In this document: positions 49,806-63,474 of the stretch, one piece after another
How the letters are laid out: every line of letters starts with the position of its first letter
How positions within the stretch are numbered: position 1 is the first letter of the stretch
From: Tubiluchus corallicola
Lineage: Eukaryota; Animalia; Priapulida
DNA: 64,000 nt
Direction: 5' to 3'
NCBI GenBank assembly: GCA_030141605.1
Contig: JAQGDQ010000007.1
Location: forward strand, 1,041,173 to 1,105,172
Notes under the pieces: model-generated
The model's database searches: none
Seen by the model: the letters and a program-made list of their open reading frames with translations, nothing else
Told to the model about the DNA's origin: nothing
Translations under genes and position numbers: made by a program

Positions 49806-52800
49806 TCGTCATATGCCCATCACGTCTATTGCAGATACTGGGCAGACAGAACTCTAAAAGAAATATGCCCTCAAAATAGGTAAACACGGCAGTAATCCAG
49901 CAAAAAATCCAGGACACTGTTATGCCAGAGGCTTGTCGGGACCACTTTCGGGCAAATACAATAATGCATAAACAATACATAAACATAAAGATATAAGCAT
50001 CGTCACCATCATATGCTCGTTAGGCCTGTTGTGCACATTGAACAAGCAGAAATTTAAGATAAAGATCTCTGTCTGCAAGACAGGTGAGCAAGTAATCCAG
50101 CAAAAAACTAGACACTGATATAACTTTAATAAGTTCATGTCTAATATTTGATCTTAGATTATATTGCGGTTGTCATCCTTTAGAATCATTTTTCGTTGGG
50201 CCATTACGCAGAAAAAAGATTTAAACAGCAATTCTTCAAAAAATTAACAAAAGGAGAAATCTTTAGGACATCCAGCGACAGGTATGTCTTTAAAAGTTCT
50301 GATGTTTTAATGATGCAAATTTATTATCTTGGGCATAACCTCCATTTTCACCTTTTAAATCATTCTTTTGTACCGTTAAAGAGCTCACAAATCGGCAGAT
50401 ACTAAACTCTATATGTGTTAACTTTTTTGTCTATTGCCTTGCAATCCAACAGGACATTGTTGAAGGCGACAAAATTAAAATAAGTGAACAAGTTCAGCAT
50501 TTATATTAGAACGTCTAATTGAAATGACAGACATGTTCACATAGAGCCAATGAAATGGATCATTTGAACTTTGGTTTAAAGTCTTCACTTGCAGTTAATT
50601 ACACTTGCTTATTGGTAGCTTTACGATAACACATTTTTCTACGTCGAAGGAAAAAACTAAAAATTTTAGAATATAATACTATACACATTGTTGAAAACTG
50701 AAGAAAATACTGAACTTGAGAATTTTACATAGAAATAATTAAACCTCAAGCACTCAATTTTGTGTAGTTTTGTTCAGATTTGCGTGCAAAGTTTCTGTTG
50801 GAGTTTCTAGACTTCCACTTCCACAAAATTTGAAATCAGTTGCCGTCGCTGCCCATTCGGCACGCATGGGGGGGGGGGGGGGGGTAGCATTTCGTCCCAG
50901 TGAAGAAAGACTAAATGGTGACAACCGCAATGTAATTTAAGATCAAAGGTTAAACATGGTTTGTTAATTTGGCATGTTACAATTACCCACATGCCCGTTC
51001 TTCTCGTCCTGAGATTTTTTGCAACATGAAAAAATCATCTGTTTCTGGGTACGGTAACATACTTCGAGTCAGAAAACACTTAAAGGAAGGGCCTGCTCAA
51101 AGAGGTGTTTGTGGGGCTACCGCAGTCCTTAACTCATTATCAATAATGAGCCACTGAGCCAACAGAGTGTCTCAACTTCGGATGTATATTCCAATTATAC
51201 ACATACACTTTGAATTTGCTTTATAGCCAAGGCATGTGAATGATAACCCGAGAGCGAGTATCGATCTCACGTCATTCGCACAAAGCATTATGAGACTCAG
51301 CCTCAACTGGTCGTGTTGCTCTTATGCAACTGCTGAAAATTTGTCTGAAAAACTCATATTAACTGTCATAATGACGCAGCAGAAAATAATTTTGCAAATT
51401 GCATTTTATATGACATGCATTTAACTGTTGTTCAGCGTCAACAAAACAACTGAGGCATTTGGGAATGTTGCTTCAAAATTGTCGTTATTGGAGTTAATAA
51501 TAAACACCGACAATTTTTGTTGCGTTTGATGGGATTTTAGTTTGTTGCACTAAGAGCAAAATTTCAGTATCAGTGTTCATAAATAAAAAATCTATTGAAT
51601 ATCAAGTTATGTATTGTTGGGTATTTCCGTTTTCTTGTACGCAATTTTTTGTAGGCCCTACCTACGTAAAGATTTTGTTACGAGACCGTTCAGTAAGTTT
51701 ATTGGCGTTTGCACAAAACAACCCTTAATAAAAGAGAAAACCCACCTTTACCCATTACACATAAAAATAAAGACATATAATTTAAAAACAACTGGGTTAA
51801 CCTTCTTATTAGCCTTATTGAGCTTTTCGTCAATTAGTTTTTTCTTCGAGTGTGTTTCTTCGAGTATGACTATAATAATTTTAGTTTGGCCGTTACAAAA
51901 ACTGATTGTATGGCAGGGCATAAGCGCACGCTCATCCTATTATAGTGCTTTACACTTTATTAATTAACTAATCAGTTTGTAAATATCGTACAATGTATAT
52001 TTGGCATTGCATTACGTTTTTTTTGTATTCATGTTTAAATATTTCGTATCCACATATTCATATTCATCTTTATGTGGATATGAAAATAATTCATTTTAAG
52101 TGATCTTCAGAATTTTTATATTTTTTATTATAGTTTATAAGTTTCTAAACTTTGTTTTTGTGCATTGGGTTTATTTCATGTGTTTTTACAGTATACATGT
52201 GTAGACGTTAGTACGTAATCTTATTCTGAACTTATTCTGCGCTAAAGGAACAAAAATCTCTGCAGAACTTTCAGTTTACGTGTACCCACCATCGCGCACA
52301 ATGAAGCTTCTTCATGCGCAAAAGAACAAGAAGATTTGTCGGCCAAAGTAGTCAAATGGCTTGTTTATTGCTTATTCGAAGCTATAATCCAATCGGCAAA
52401 TTGGAAGACATGTCGTTTGTCTGTCCATAAATTTCTGACTACTTAATTCAGTTTAAAAAAAGGACATGAAAACGCAATCAATCACGGATTACCGGAGACA
52501 CAATCTCATCGAGTGGCTTTAATGGAAAATCTGAATAGTTAGATTTAAGGAAAAAGCCGGAAACAAAAACGTCACTTAAACGTTAAAGAAGTCAATACGT
52601 TGAAACACATTATCAGCTACAGTGAGCATATGTACATTGAGTTTGCCAAATAATCCTAATTGCTGGAATTCCTTGCTGAACCGAGTAGATTTAGCAGTTT
52701 TAATTGTTGCTAAAGCAAAAAATAATACCTTTCGAGTAAGTAAGATTTAGCAAACTTTGCTAAAAGACCTTAAATATTTACAGTTTCTTAGAGTGTTCCT

Positions 52801-54809
52801 GACAGCAGAGAACAGCAAGAAACAACTTAGTGTATCTCGTTCTTAGTAACGGCTAGCACCTCTCTTGTCGTCTAATTTCAAACTTGATCGTGCGTGCCGG
52901 CATGTATACATACCGCACATCGTATGTATGAGTGTATATGTATATATAACAAACACCATCTGGTAGGCAAATGAAAATCAATTGGCCAGCACGAGTAGCA
53001 GTTCATTCACTCATTTCAAGAGAATTTCTATTTCGGTTTAATTTTAGCCAATTTTGTATTAGAATATGTGTGTCAAATTCGCTCAGAATCTTTTTAATTT
53101 TTTCTGTTTTTCTCTTCCCAGGTAATTTTTGTTAGAAACGTTAACATTGCATAAGTTGGAATAAAGGAACTAATAGTTTTTAACACGACGACTTTTTAAT
53201 ATAGTCATGTCTCATTTATACGAAATGTAATTACTATTAATCATTTGAGGCCTAAATTGAAAAGCCACTGTAAACAATTATACTTGGGCAACGTGACTGA
53301 CCGTGTTGTTGCAAACAACAGACACTTCGATGGGAATTGTACATTGTTCAAACTCATGCGTTATTACGGCCTTAAAATGTACAAATCAAGAAGTAATTTT
53401 TCTTAGTCAACCTTTCAAATGAAAAGATACCAGGCTTTGCGAGGAAAAAACGTGTACCCATTTTTAAACAATGCCTACTCAACTCCAAACTTTCAATCCC
53501 ATGGAAATGGAATTGACTTCACAGGAAATGTGTACCAATGATTATCGTAATTCGCTTGTTCCGCATATTATGTACATCAATAATTGTTTTGTATTTAGGC
53601 GTAGACTACGTGGCAGGTGGTATGACAAACCTCAAGCTGAACTAACAAATACATTGTCACAGAAACAGTAACATTTTACCTCAGTATCCTCATAGGTGTC
53701 GTGATCTGAAAGTTAATACTTTTTTCGCTGATTTGAAAACGCCAATGCGAAATATTGAGTAGCTTAGTTAATAACTAGTTTGAGTTGTAGACAGTCACTC
53801 GGTCGGTCGGTCATTTAGTTAGTCAGTCGGTAAGTCAACCAATCAGTAAATCACGCAACCAAGTCTCGTTGCCTCGTTTTCCATGCAATTATTCCCTGTG
53901 AACTGCTAAGCAGTTCTGTTTAAAAAACTTTTACCCTTTTTACCATATAGTATAGTATTTGTACTGTGCACAATTTTAACTTCATTAATTGACTTTAATA
54001 TTGTTGATGTGAAAAACGATTTTCCGTGCTTAGCTATAATACAATCAATACATGCAAATGCAAATAATGCGGTACCTTACAACACAGCACAAAAGACAAC
54101 GAAGTACACATGATTGCCTAGCGGTTTTGTGGCTTAATAGCTTCACACAAACTACCTGAAAAAAGAGTTATGCGCATCTAAATATAATAAACCACTTGCC
54201 CGACTCGTATACTGAGGTGCAAGTTATGAAATCGAAATGCCTTGGATTTATATTATTTTTTCTAAATATAGTGCCGATTTTTACATGTACAATAACAATG
54301 TGGTTATTACAAATAAAAGTAACAATTTTATTTAAAAGCTAACTAGCCCACGAAGCCCGTTAAGTAAAAAATTCTATCAATGCAATCTTAGAAGCCGTGT
54401 TCATTAAATGTTTTCACCCAAAGGATGAATCAGAAATTAATTTTCTATAAGTATAATCCTTATTATATCTTAGTTGCAGTTGTTTTACAGTTGCATACAA
54501 TTGAATAAAATGTTTGTACAAGCTGATTGTATTAAGCTTCCACCGCTATATGTACCTTGTAGATGAATGTTAGTTACACATGTTCACCTTTGATTAAATT
54601 AGATTATATTAAATTTATTAACTAATTGTTACAATTATGCAAGACCTTAACGAAGAGGAAATTAGTCCTCTAAGAACAATACTCAAATTAACCAATTAAC
54701 AATTAAAATAACTTGAAACTGTCAAGCACAAAATTAATGACTAGTTTATTGTCCTTGTGAGTGAAGATAAAAACAGTCTTATTTCTGACCAAAGCATTTT
54801 TCCCGAATC

Positions 54810-55330
54810 CCAAGGATATATCACGTGCTCATCGTCTTGTTTGGCACCATTAGCACCAGTTCACAGTCATGTGCGTGTCTTGGTCTCTGCTTCCAACTTC
54901 CATGCAGTTTGCACAAGAAGTGGATACTTCTGAATAACCTGCATCGAGTTCGTCGAGTCCTATCCTCTTCTAATATATCCGAAAACTCATTTGAGTATAA
55001 GGGAGGTGATTTAAGGGAAGGATTCCATGTTCTGTAGGTTGCAGTGCGGCTTTTTCAGACGTGAACCTACGCCTTGTCCACATCAATAGTTTGTCCCTAT
55101 TTTCTATTACTTTCTTTAGATACTTTTGTTGTTGGAATTTAGCTCATGTTCGGGGAGATGGGATATCTATCTCCAAAAGGTACAGGTCGTTCTGAGTCTC
55201 TGTCGCAAAGGCTGGACTTAATGCCTAGCATACAAAAAGATTCACATTTTCTGATGCCAACATTAGCTCTTTGTCGGTATAACCCAGTTGTTGTATATCT
55301 AGGGACTTATCCTTGGTTGTTGTGGTACAA
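54810..55330 (-). mobile_element. Decayed non-LTR ORF2 C-terminal fragment
   Basis: Minus-strand fragments SRTATYRTWNPSL..PLY, ILEEDRTRRTRCRL, IHFLCKLHGSWKQRPR and DEHVISL resemble the TY...NP.L / R.RL.SH.L..E.GRW...R.C...E.HV...C end of LINE ORF2s. Confidence 0.5.
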
Positions 55331-57511
55331 TGTGAAATACCCGAGCATCGTATTAGATTGTTAAATTAACATTTGTTAAGTACTACTAGCTTTGTAGAAA
55401 AAGGATTAGCTTTAGGAATCAACAAGGATCATCTAACACTTGTCCTTACTTTATGCTCGGACAAGAATTATGAATGTTTAGACGAAGAAGTAAAGTCGAT
55501 TGCAGTAAAGTAATTCACTGGCTTTTACCAATTTTCTGCTCCTTTTCGTTTTATTTAAAGCTATTTTTAAGTAAAAATAATATAAATGAGATTCATCTAA
55601 TTCAAGATAGGAGGGATATAATTCTAATATGCTATCGTTAACATACCTACGTAAGTAATGCTGCTTAAGTAGTGGTTTAAGTATATAATCCACGCATAAA
55701 AGGTGATAAACTAGAGGCCTAATGTATCCCAATCATAACTGTATGAATCGCCTAGTTATCACTATTGAAATTCCATAGAAACTTAGAACCAAAACCAAGA
55801 GAGGAAACGTTCTGCAGGCGTTTTTCGTGTGTATAAGAAACTAGACGCACGATAATCAGCACATTAGGAAGCCAATTGTATAAAGCCCTATTTGTCATTA
55901 AGCCTATAATAGGTAGACCTTCTTAAATCGCTACTAATTAGGTGGAATAATTGCGTGAATTAGTTTGTGCTATTTGTAAACAATTTTTTGTACAATGACT
56001 GTTCGTATTCTGCTGATAATCAGCATTCAATGGCAGGGCCTATTTAATTGACGCAGATGATTGTGGCAGAACCGGAATCTAGCTAATTAGCAAAGTAATC
56101 CTTTATGATGAGACACTGAGCCAGCGGTGTTATCTAATTCCTTTAACGAAGTAAATATCCAAGGCTGTATAGCAGATAAAATTGTCTAAAACTGTATAGC
56201 AGTTTTTCAAGCAGGCGCCCATGAAACCATCCTGAGGCAGTTTTTCAGGTGGCCAGACTCGATGTTGCTTAACTACACATCGTAATCACACAGTATTTAC
56301 TCGGGTACGCACGTACTTGTACTTAAATCTCCATTGTATCAATCATGTCAACATATTTGTTTTCAAAGACAGCACTGTGAACTTCTTGTGCAAAATGTTT
56401 GGAGTTGTGCAGAATGTTGCACCTATATTTCTGATATAGACTTTTGTTCTGGTTATTCTGATTCTGTTTTTTGACGAGCTTTTAAGCGTGATGGTGCACA
56501 TTTGCAATTCCTCCCAATAAATATTATGCTTTGTCCTATCTCTTCTAGTCGTTAGTATTGGTTTAGTAATTGAACTGAGCCACCAAAATGTCTTTTGACA
56601 AATTTTTTGCCTCGACGAACAATGCTTTTAAACATGACCGCATTTTAACCAAACTGTTCAAACCTTAAAAATTTGATGTTTACATTGGAATTACACGTGA
56701 AATTTTTGTCTCTTAGTTACCGTTTGTAGACGCTGTTAGTGTTTTTGTTGCTGTTATTTGGTAGACTGGTCAAGAATCTCAAAGAGAAAAACATTAATAT
56801 GAAATGCAAACAAGGACCGCACAAATAAAATACGCTTGAAAAGTTGTATCGAAAGTGTTAAATGCTCAAGTTACTTCTCATTAAGAATTAAAGCACTGTA
56901 GTTATACCATAGTGGTTTGTACTATGCGTCTACAACACTAAAGTTTTATTTTGCATCACCAACTCAACTAATACCAATGAAGTTAAAATCTTAAACAAAA
57001 CTAAGCGGAAAATGCGACAAATGGTGCGCGTTTTAATCCTTGCAAACACACTAGGATCAAACCTTGAGTTAATATTGAGAATCGATAACCATATAAGCAC
57101 AGTACGTGATGAATTTATGGGACATATTTATAAATGAGAAATAAAATAAGCTAAAACTTACACAAATTTAATCACACTGCGACTGGTGACTGTATAATTG
57201 AACCGAAAATCAATTAAAAAGTGTTTAATTAAAAGGAAGATATTAATCATGAAGAAGTGATTTGCATTTTGAGGCTTTTCTGCACAGCCTGTTCTCGCAA
57301 AGTAATTTTGGAAATTTAACTCGTGTTATTAATTTATTTAAGCTTTTTCATAATTATCTTAATTAACGCACTTCAAAGGCATAAAGTTAAGGCGTAAAGA
57401 CATGCTAATTAGCGCGTTTTAAAGCTGTATTAGATGCGCGAAAACGTAATATTTTATCGCGTCACCCCCCCCCCCCCCCGCCAATGGAATAGAGCTATTT
57501 GGAGCTACTTA

Positions 57512-57804
57512 CCCAATCAAGAATCTGAGTGGTATCACAGTGACGGCCACAAGCATGAGGCCAAAATCATGAACTCGTACTGAGCTAAATTTGTAACCGT
57601 CTTTTTAGATCACACTGACCTCATGCCATGACATCATGCTGAGCTCAAGTCATGAGTTCACAGAGACCTCATGGTTATGAGCTCATGCTGCTGTCATGCC
57701 ATCAGGTATGTATGAGTTCATCAATCTGAGATTATATTGACCTCATGCTTGTGACCCAGTATGAGCATTTTATGACCAAATATTGAGCTCATGTCTTGAC
57801 TGGA
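57512..57804. mobile_element. Palindromic MITE rich in CTCATG/CATGAG motifs
   Basis: Termini cccaatcaaga and tcttgactgga form imperfect TIRs flanked by TA. An internal inverted pair, cacaagcatgaggccaa and ttgacctcatgcttgtg, is also present. Confidence 0.6.
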
Positions 57805-58314
57805 TAAAGCAAAAATATTACAGCCAATAAATCATTAATCAGTTGCTGAGTTAGTAATCAATCGATTAACCTGTTAATCGAGTGATCAACTGAATAGTTA
57901 ATTAGAAATTAGAAATGATCAACAGTTATTCCATTTGTCAATAAATTGATTGGTTCACTGCTTAACAGATCGACTAAATGACAAACAAGTGAAGATTAAC
58001 AAGTGGAAAACGTTTTTTACTGTAGTAAAAAGAATACTTGTTTTTTATGGTAAATTCTATTCTAACAAAGTTCCATCCATGGCGCTGTTTATGTAACGTG
58101 AAATCTGGCAATGAATTTTGCACGCTTTATAAATCCCCTTGATGAATTTCTTGTATAGTTCCAGACTCCATTGAGCAATTAAAGGAAAAAAATCGTTTTG
58201 CTTAATTTTAATATCCCAGTCGGTTAAACTAGTTTAACCATGGGAGACGTTTTGAACGGAAGGAAGAGCGGAGGATAGTTTCCATATTTTTAACTTCTTT
58301 ATATCTCTTTTCAG

Positions 58315-58431
58315 GTGCCCATAATGTCACTGGAGAGCCACTGGATTGTTTAGAGGCACGATCACTATGCACTAATGATATTACTTGTGAGCTTATCCTG
58401 CAATATTTACCTACAGCATGTGGAGAAACCT
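58315..58431 (+). CDS. GFR-alpha/GAS1-like protein, exon 2 (domain 1, N-half)
   Basis: ctcttttcag|58315 ... 58431|gtaagt. Translates AHNVTGEPLDCLEARSLCTNDITCELILQYLPTACGET, with C-x6-C-x5-C-x10-C spacing and a C..D..C motif as in GDNF/GAS1 domains. Confidence 0.88.
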
Positions 58432-58509
58432 GTAAGTTTGGGAACTGAGTTCTTTTCTGTACACATCTAGGAGCATTTCTTTAAAAATGTTCAAACTCAG
58501 AGGAACTTT

Positions 58510-58840
58510 ATTTGTCATTGTCATTGTCGTAATTGTTGCTATTGCCATCACATTGAGGACGTTGCTGTCATTATTATGGTTTGGCTGTCAATGTCACTGT
58601 CTATATCAGTGTTATTCAGTGTCATTGTTTTTATTTTGCTCTTATTTTTCATTGTCTTCATCATCATCATCATCATCACCACCACCACCATTATCATCAT
58701 CATTGTCATCGTGCGTCGTCACCGTCACATTATAGTGGTTGTTATCATCATCATCATCGTCATCCTCATCATCATTATCGTGACCATATCCTTGTTGTTG
58801 TCATTGTTGTTGTCGTTATCGTTGTCGTTGTTGTTTGTCG
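58510..58840. repeat. Degenerate (CAT/TGT)n low-complexity tract, intronic
   Basis: Direct read. Confidence 0.8.
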
Positions 58841-59977
58841 ATTCTGTTTTTCTTCTTTTGTTTTGTAGAGTCAAGCACCACGGTCTGTACTGCATTCATA
58901 TGTCGTGTTCACTGTCACTCTTTAATTTCTCCTGGAACTAATAAAATTGCTCATAAGAATGGTCATGTAATTTGCCATTTATTAAGTTGTTATTGTTCAT
59001 TAGGGTTTAAAATTGAACCAGAATGTTGCACCATTTAATTAAAAAACAATTACAGCTCTAAGAAAAAGTATGTTAAAGAAATTTGAACGGTTGTACAATG
59101 ATGTTTTACTAAATTACAAGTGTAAGTTAATAGTTATAATATCCGCTCAAGCTAAAACGTAAAATTGTAAATATTCTAACCTTTGTTAACAGGGCGTCTG
59201 TACTCGTTCAGTAGTGTAGGGTTTCCAAGCCAAACGTCTGTCCAGCTTAACAATTGTCGAAGAAAAAGTTCCATAATCTTACTATTCAATTCGCTTCCGA
59301 TTTTTGCTCAAACGGAAAACATCGTCATCAATTCGGTCGGCAAACCGAAATCTTATTCTGTTGAGAAAAAATGGGTTTATCACAAAGGAGTTCATTTACA
59401 ACTTACAAGGCAATAGGACGAGTTTAAAATGTACAATTTGAATTTTTCATGAAATGTAGTATAAATCACCTTCCCTTAAATTGCCTTTAATTGGCGTAAA
59501 AAGTCTTGATAATAAGTATCATAATAAGTTGAGTATCTTTCAGTTTTTGCGACTTCTCGATTTTCGGTTGATTAAGTTATTTAAAAGCAGTTTCAGTACT
59601 GTGAGTTGTGAATGCTGCCGTTTTTCTTCCTAATGTCTAAATACCCGTTTGATGTGCAGCGAGCGTTTAAGTGGAAAACAAACGAACCAATTGCATTCGA
59701 TTCGCAACGTAATAAAGTCTTTTAATCTTGAAGATCTGAAAGCAAATTTGATGCAGAAAACTTCGAATTGCTTTTCAGCTTTTTTGTTACTATTATTTTT
59801 TGACGATAATATATGCTGCGAAAACTTACGAATATGATTTACGGTGAAGACAGATGTACACCTTTTAATCCGAAAATTTCGAAGGCCAACCGTTCAAAGA
59901 CTTATCACAAACTTGCAGTTTTTATTGTCGTTGATGACTCGTAGTTAATTGTTTGTTTATCTGTGTTTTATTTTTAG

Positions 59978-60175
59978 CCTACAAGTGTGATGCGCAAAAT
60001 TTAGACAAATGCCGAGCAGTGGTCAGTGCTCTGAGAGAAATGAACACATTTCGTGACGTTTGTCTCTGCAACAACCACTTGGGAGATAAAAACAAGCGCA
60101 ACGAATGCTGGGAGTTTCGCCACGCCTTGTTTAATCATGATTGCCTTCAAGAGCCGCTGATAACGCTTCCGCCTG
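59978..60175 (+). CDS. GFR-alpha/GAS1-like protein, exon 3 (domain 1, C-half)
   Basis: tatttttag|59978 ... 60175|gtaagg, phase 1-1. Translates YKCDAQNLDKCRAVVSALREMNTFRDVCLCNNHLGDKNKRNECWEFRHALFNHDCLQEPLITLPP, with the CxC...C...N..CL pattern. Confidence 0.9.
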
Positions 60176-60470
60176 GTAAGGTTTTTCAGTCTTAGACAGA
60201 CAAAGCAAAGATGAGCCCTCGGGAAAGTTTGCCAACGAATTGCTAATGACTATAGAGTTAAACGTTTTTGATGAAACTTGCTCAGATTTAATATTGAGAT
60301 TTACTATAGCTGACTTAGACAGACTTGTTTAACCAGTAGCCCATTCTTATTGTTACAAAATGTTGCAATGCTAGATATACCTACTAAAAATGCTACATCT
60401 AAGAATTAGTTTTTATTCATTATCACCCCAACCCAGTAGTGTTAAATGCCTCTCCACCTAGTGATTTAGC

Positions 60471-60808
60471 CAGGGCCGGATTTACCTACTTGTGGGTCAT
60501 AGGCCAAACTCATGCGAGCTCAAAATTTATAGAAAATTTGGCATGCATCAGTTTATATACATCTATATACATACACTGCATATATAAAATGTACGTAAGG
60601 CCATTGTGCCTACTCATTGTGCCCCATACTTATTTTTCAGGGGCCCTTAAGGTTTTGAATATATTATGTAAAGAAATACCCAGTGTACACTTGAAACAAA
60701 GTTACACACTTTGCTCCACGCGACAAGTTAGTTTCAGAGAACCCTCAGATACTAGTGGGCCTTAGGCTATGACCTATCACACTATGCCTGTTGTTAAATC
60801 CGGCCCTA
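60471..60808. mobile_element. hAT-type MITE (intronic)
   Basis: TIRs cagggccggattta and taaatccggcccta. The flanking 8-mers gatttagc and tgtttagc match at 6 of 8 positions, consistent with an eroded 8-bp TSD. Confidence 0.8.
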
Positions 60809-61886
60809 TGTTTAGCAATCCCTCAAACTAGTGGCCTTGCCTGGTATTTTATAATACCAGCGCACTTTGCATAGAGAAAAGGGAAAAATCAAATAAATTT
60901 GCCCCATGTCATTATTAAATGTGTATTGATTAAATTTGATAAAACTTAGATCACAAAATAGTTAGAGGATTATGGATATATTTCAGAAGTTGGAGTACCG
61001 TACATGTAAGTGACATAAAATATATGTTTATTCAGAGCACGTATTCATCGTGCATGTTTTATACATACTAACTGTCTAAGCCTACTGAACTCCAGCATAG
61101 TAGTTCACACACAAGCCATTTTGCTGCTTATTACATCATCGGCTGACATGAGCAATTACATTCACTTTCCACTGAATAGAATTCTCGCACGTTTGGTGAC
61201 AGGAAATTAAGTCTTGCATCATTCCCAATCACATCAATTATCAATAACAAATTTAGCCGCTGGGTCTTATTTGAAGAGCGTTACCGCCTTGGTATTTTGG
61301 ATTCATTTCATTGGATATATTTGAGGCAAGACACGCAATACACCAGTCATCCTGTACTAGACAGCAATCTTCCCATATTTTCGATTGTGAAAGAGAGTGA
61401 TCGATCATGATTCCTTGAAGAAATACATACGATGAGTGGAGAGAGTAAAAAGTTCACGGCTAATGGAAAACAAACGAGGATATCATATGAGAGTAAACAA
61501 AAGCGTTTGCAGCAGATAAAACCCGCCGAAATTTGCGCTGCTGCTTTGATGATCAGTAATTTTTAGTCCTAGGATAGTAATTCATACTAAATGAGTCATA
61601 CATTGAGAGGATATTGATGTAAATTCGATCCGCTTGCTTGAGACGAAGTTTTTTTCAACCATGCGGTATTTCAAATTAACTTTAAGCCATTTTTTGAGTG
61701 CACAATGAAATTTGTGCGCTGCCCTTTTTATTTTTTATATTTTAATGCATATTTAACGTAAAATTTAAAGCATACTTTAATTTTTTAGTTAAAACTATTC
61801 TGAATGAACTTAGAAAAGCAATCCCGTGGAACTCCGTAGCTTGACTGCAATAATTAACTGTGAATAATTACAATGTATATTTTCAG

Positions 61887-62022
61887 ATACTAGCCAAAAG
61901 AAAGTGCCTTCTTGCAGTGCTGGGTATAAAGCCTGCATAGATGATTATATTTGTAGGAAAGTTTATAAAAATTTCCGCATAGCCTGCAGACATCGTCAAG
62001 GCAGATGCACCATGGTAGATAA
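61887..62022 (+). CDS. GFR-alpha/GAS1-like protein, exon 4 (domain 2, N-half)
   Basis: tattttcag|61887 ... 62022|gtaagt, phase 1-2. Translates DTSQKKVPSCSAGYKACIDDYICRKVYKNFRIACRHRQGRCTMVD, with the same cysteine spacing as exon 2. Confidence 0.9.
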
Positions 62023-62629
62023 GTAAGTATTGAAAATCAATAAAGTCATCTGTCATGTCATCTAACTAGGGATCGTTTGCGGGTCTTTAAGTATCCCTAA
62101 TTAACCAAATTAGCTGGAATTACTTTATTTTGTGACGCGGGCGATATTGGCACGTAGGTCTTTAATTTAATAAGTTTGATGTCGGTTTTCAGGATAAAAT
62201 GTGTCCAAAAGGAAACGAAACAAAGCGCGATTAGACAACTCCCTCAACGTTATTTTCAAAATATACCAAATATAACACTTAAACGTTATTCTGCTAATGC
62301 ACCGGTAAATGTAAAAAAGAATTTAGAATTTTTTTTAAATATCTGCTAATCTGGCTCCCATGAAGGAACATTACAGCCACTTCTGTTTTAAGATGACATT
62401 TATTAACTTGTTACTTCGGACAAAAGCCACAAAATTGATCATTAACTTGCTGTCTTCAGAAGCAAGCTCATAAGTTTCTGTAGCTGCCTTGCTGTTACTG
62501 GCTTTGCTATTTGTAATGCGGTGTTCGGCTTAATTGGATGATAAGTAAAAAAGGTGTCTAAAAATAGGCTAGGTCGACGTCTGAGCTATTGACATTTTGC
62601 TTATTGGATACCGCGAATTTATGTTTCAG

Positions 62630-62754
62630 AAGTGAGTGCTGGGAATCGTGGTTAGATGTCACCTCTACTCCCTTGGCGGGATGTCATTGTGAAAACCGAA
62701 GAAATAACAGGTGCCTTCGAATTCAATACGAAATGCGTGCCAATCCTTGTGTCA
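62630..62754 (+). CDS. GFR-alpha/GAS1-like protein, exon 5 (domain 2, C-half)
   Basis: tgtttcag|62630 ... 62754|gtgagt, phase 2-1. Translates SECWESWLDVTSTPLAGCHCENRRNNRCLRIQYEMRANPCV, with the CxC and NPC hallmarks. Confidence 0.9.
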
Positions 62755-63474
62755 GTGAGTGTAACTAAAGATTTTCCATATTGCTAATACAGTATGCTGT
62801 ATGTCGAGAACAAAAGAAACCAATGAATGAAATACAGTCCCATGCTAATATTGAATTATTGGAGTAGTTAAATTGCACAGTATTGTCTGTAAAACCCATG
62901 TATCTCCATGCTTGTCAATTAAATCTATCCATCTGTCCACTTGAAGTGAAACTTTTGTCTTGCAAGAAACGGTGCTTTGCTACAAGCCAAAATCTCCAGT
63001 CGATTAGCTTATGCGAGAAAAATGGCGAAAAAATAAGATGAAGTTAGATTCGACTCATTTGCCTATGCTATGATAGGCATATTTTCCGCCTCATAGCAAT
63101 TCTTAATCTTACACCTCTCTAACACTAAAGCTTAAAAATACTTGGCACAATTAAAAGTTAACAGAATTCTACTACATTTTCGCGAATATTTACACAGAAT
63201 CAATTTAAAACTTTAAACTATGTAATAACCCGTATAACTGAGATTTGAAAAAATAAAACATATATTGTTTGATTTGTTTACAGTCCCTGATAGAGCCCTT
63301 AGGAGGGAGAAACAGTGTAGGACAATAATAAAGATGACTGTTAAATGAGACTGCACTAATTGCTGCAACAATAAAAAGTGTGTACGTCCTCTGACGTCTG
63401 GTGTATATACTAAATATTTATGTGTTAATTATCAAGTTTCTGTTTTTTGCGAAATAAATTATTGCTTTTTTCAG

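Noticed and set aside
55478-55732. 84-aa minus-strand ORF starting GYIRPLV
   Set aside because: At best a heavily eroded CR1-like remnant, and too weak to annotate.
63284-63349. Acceptor-like tttgtttacag before exon 6 as an alternative terminal exon giving a secreted isoform
   Set aside because: Only an acceptor-like string and a short frame to a stop are present, with no supporting evidence from sequence alone.
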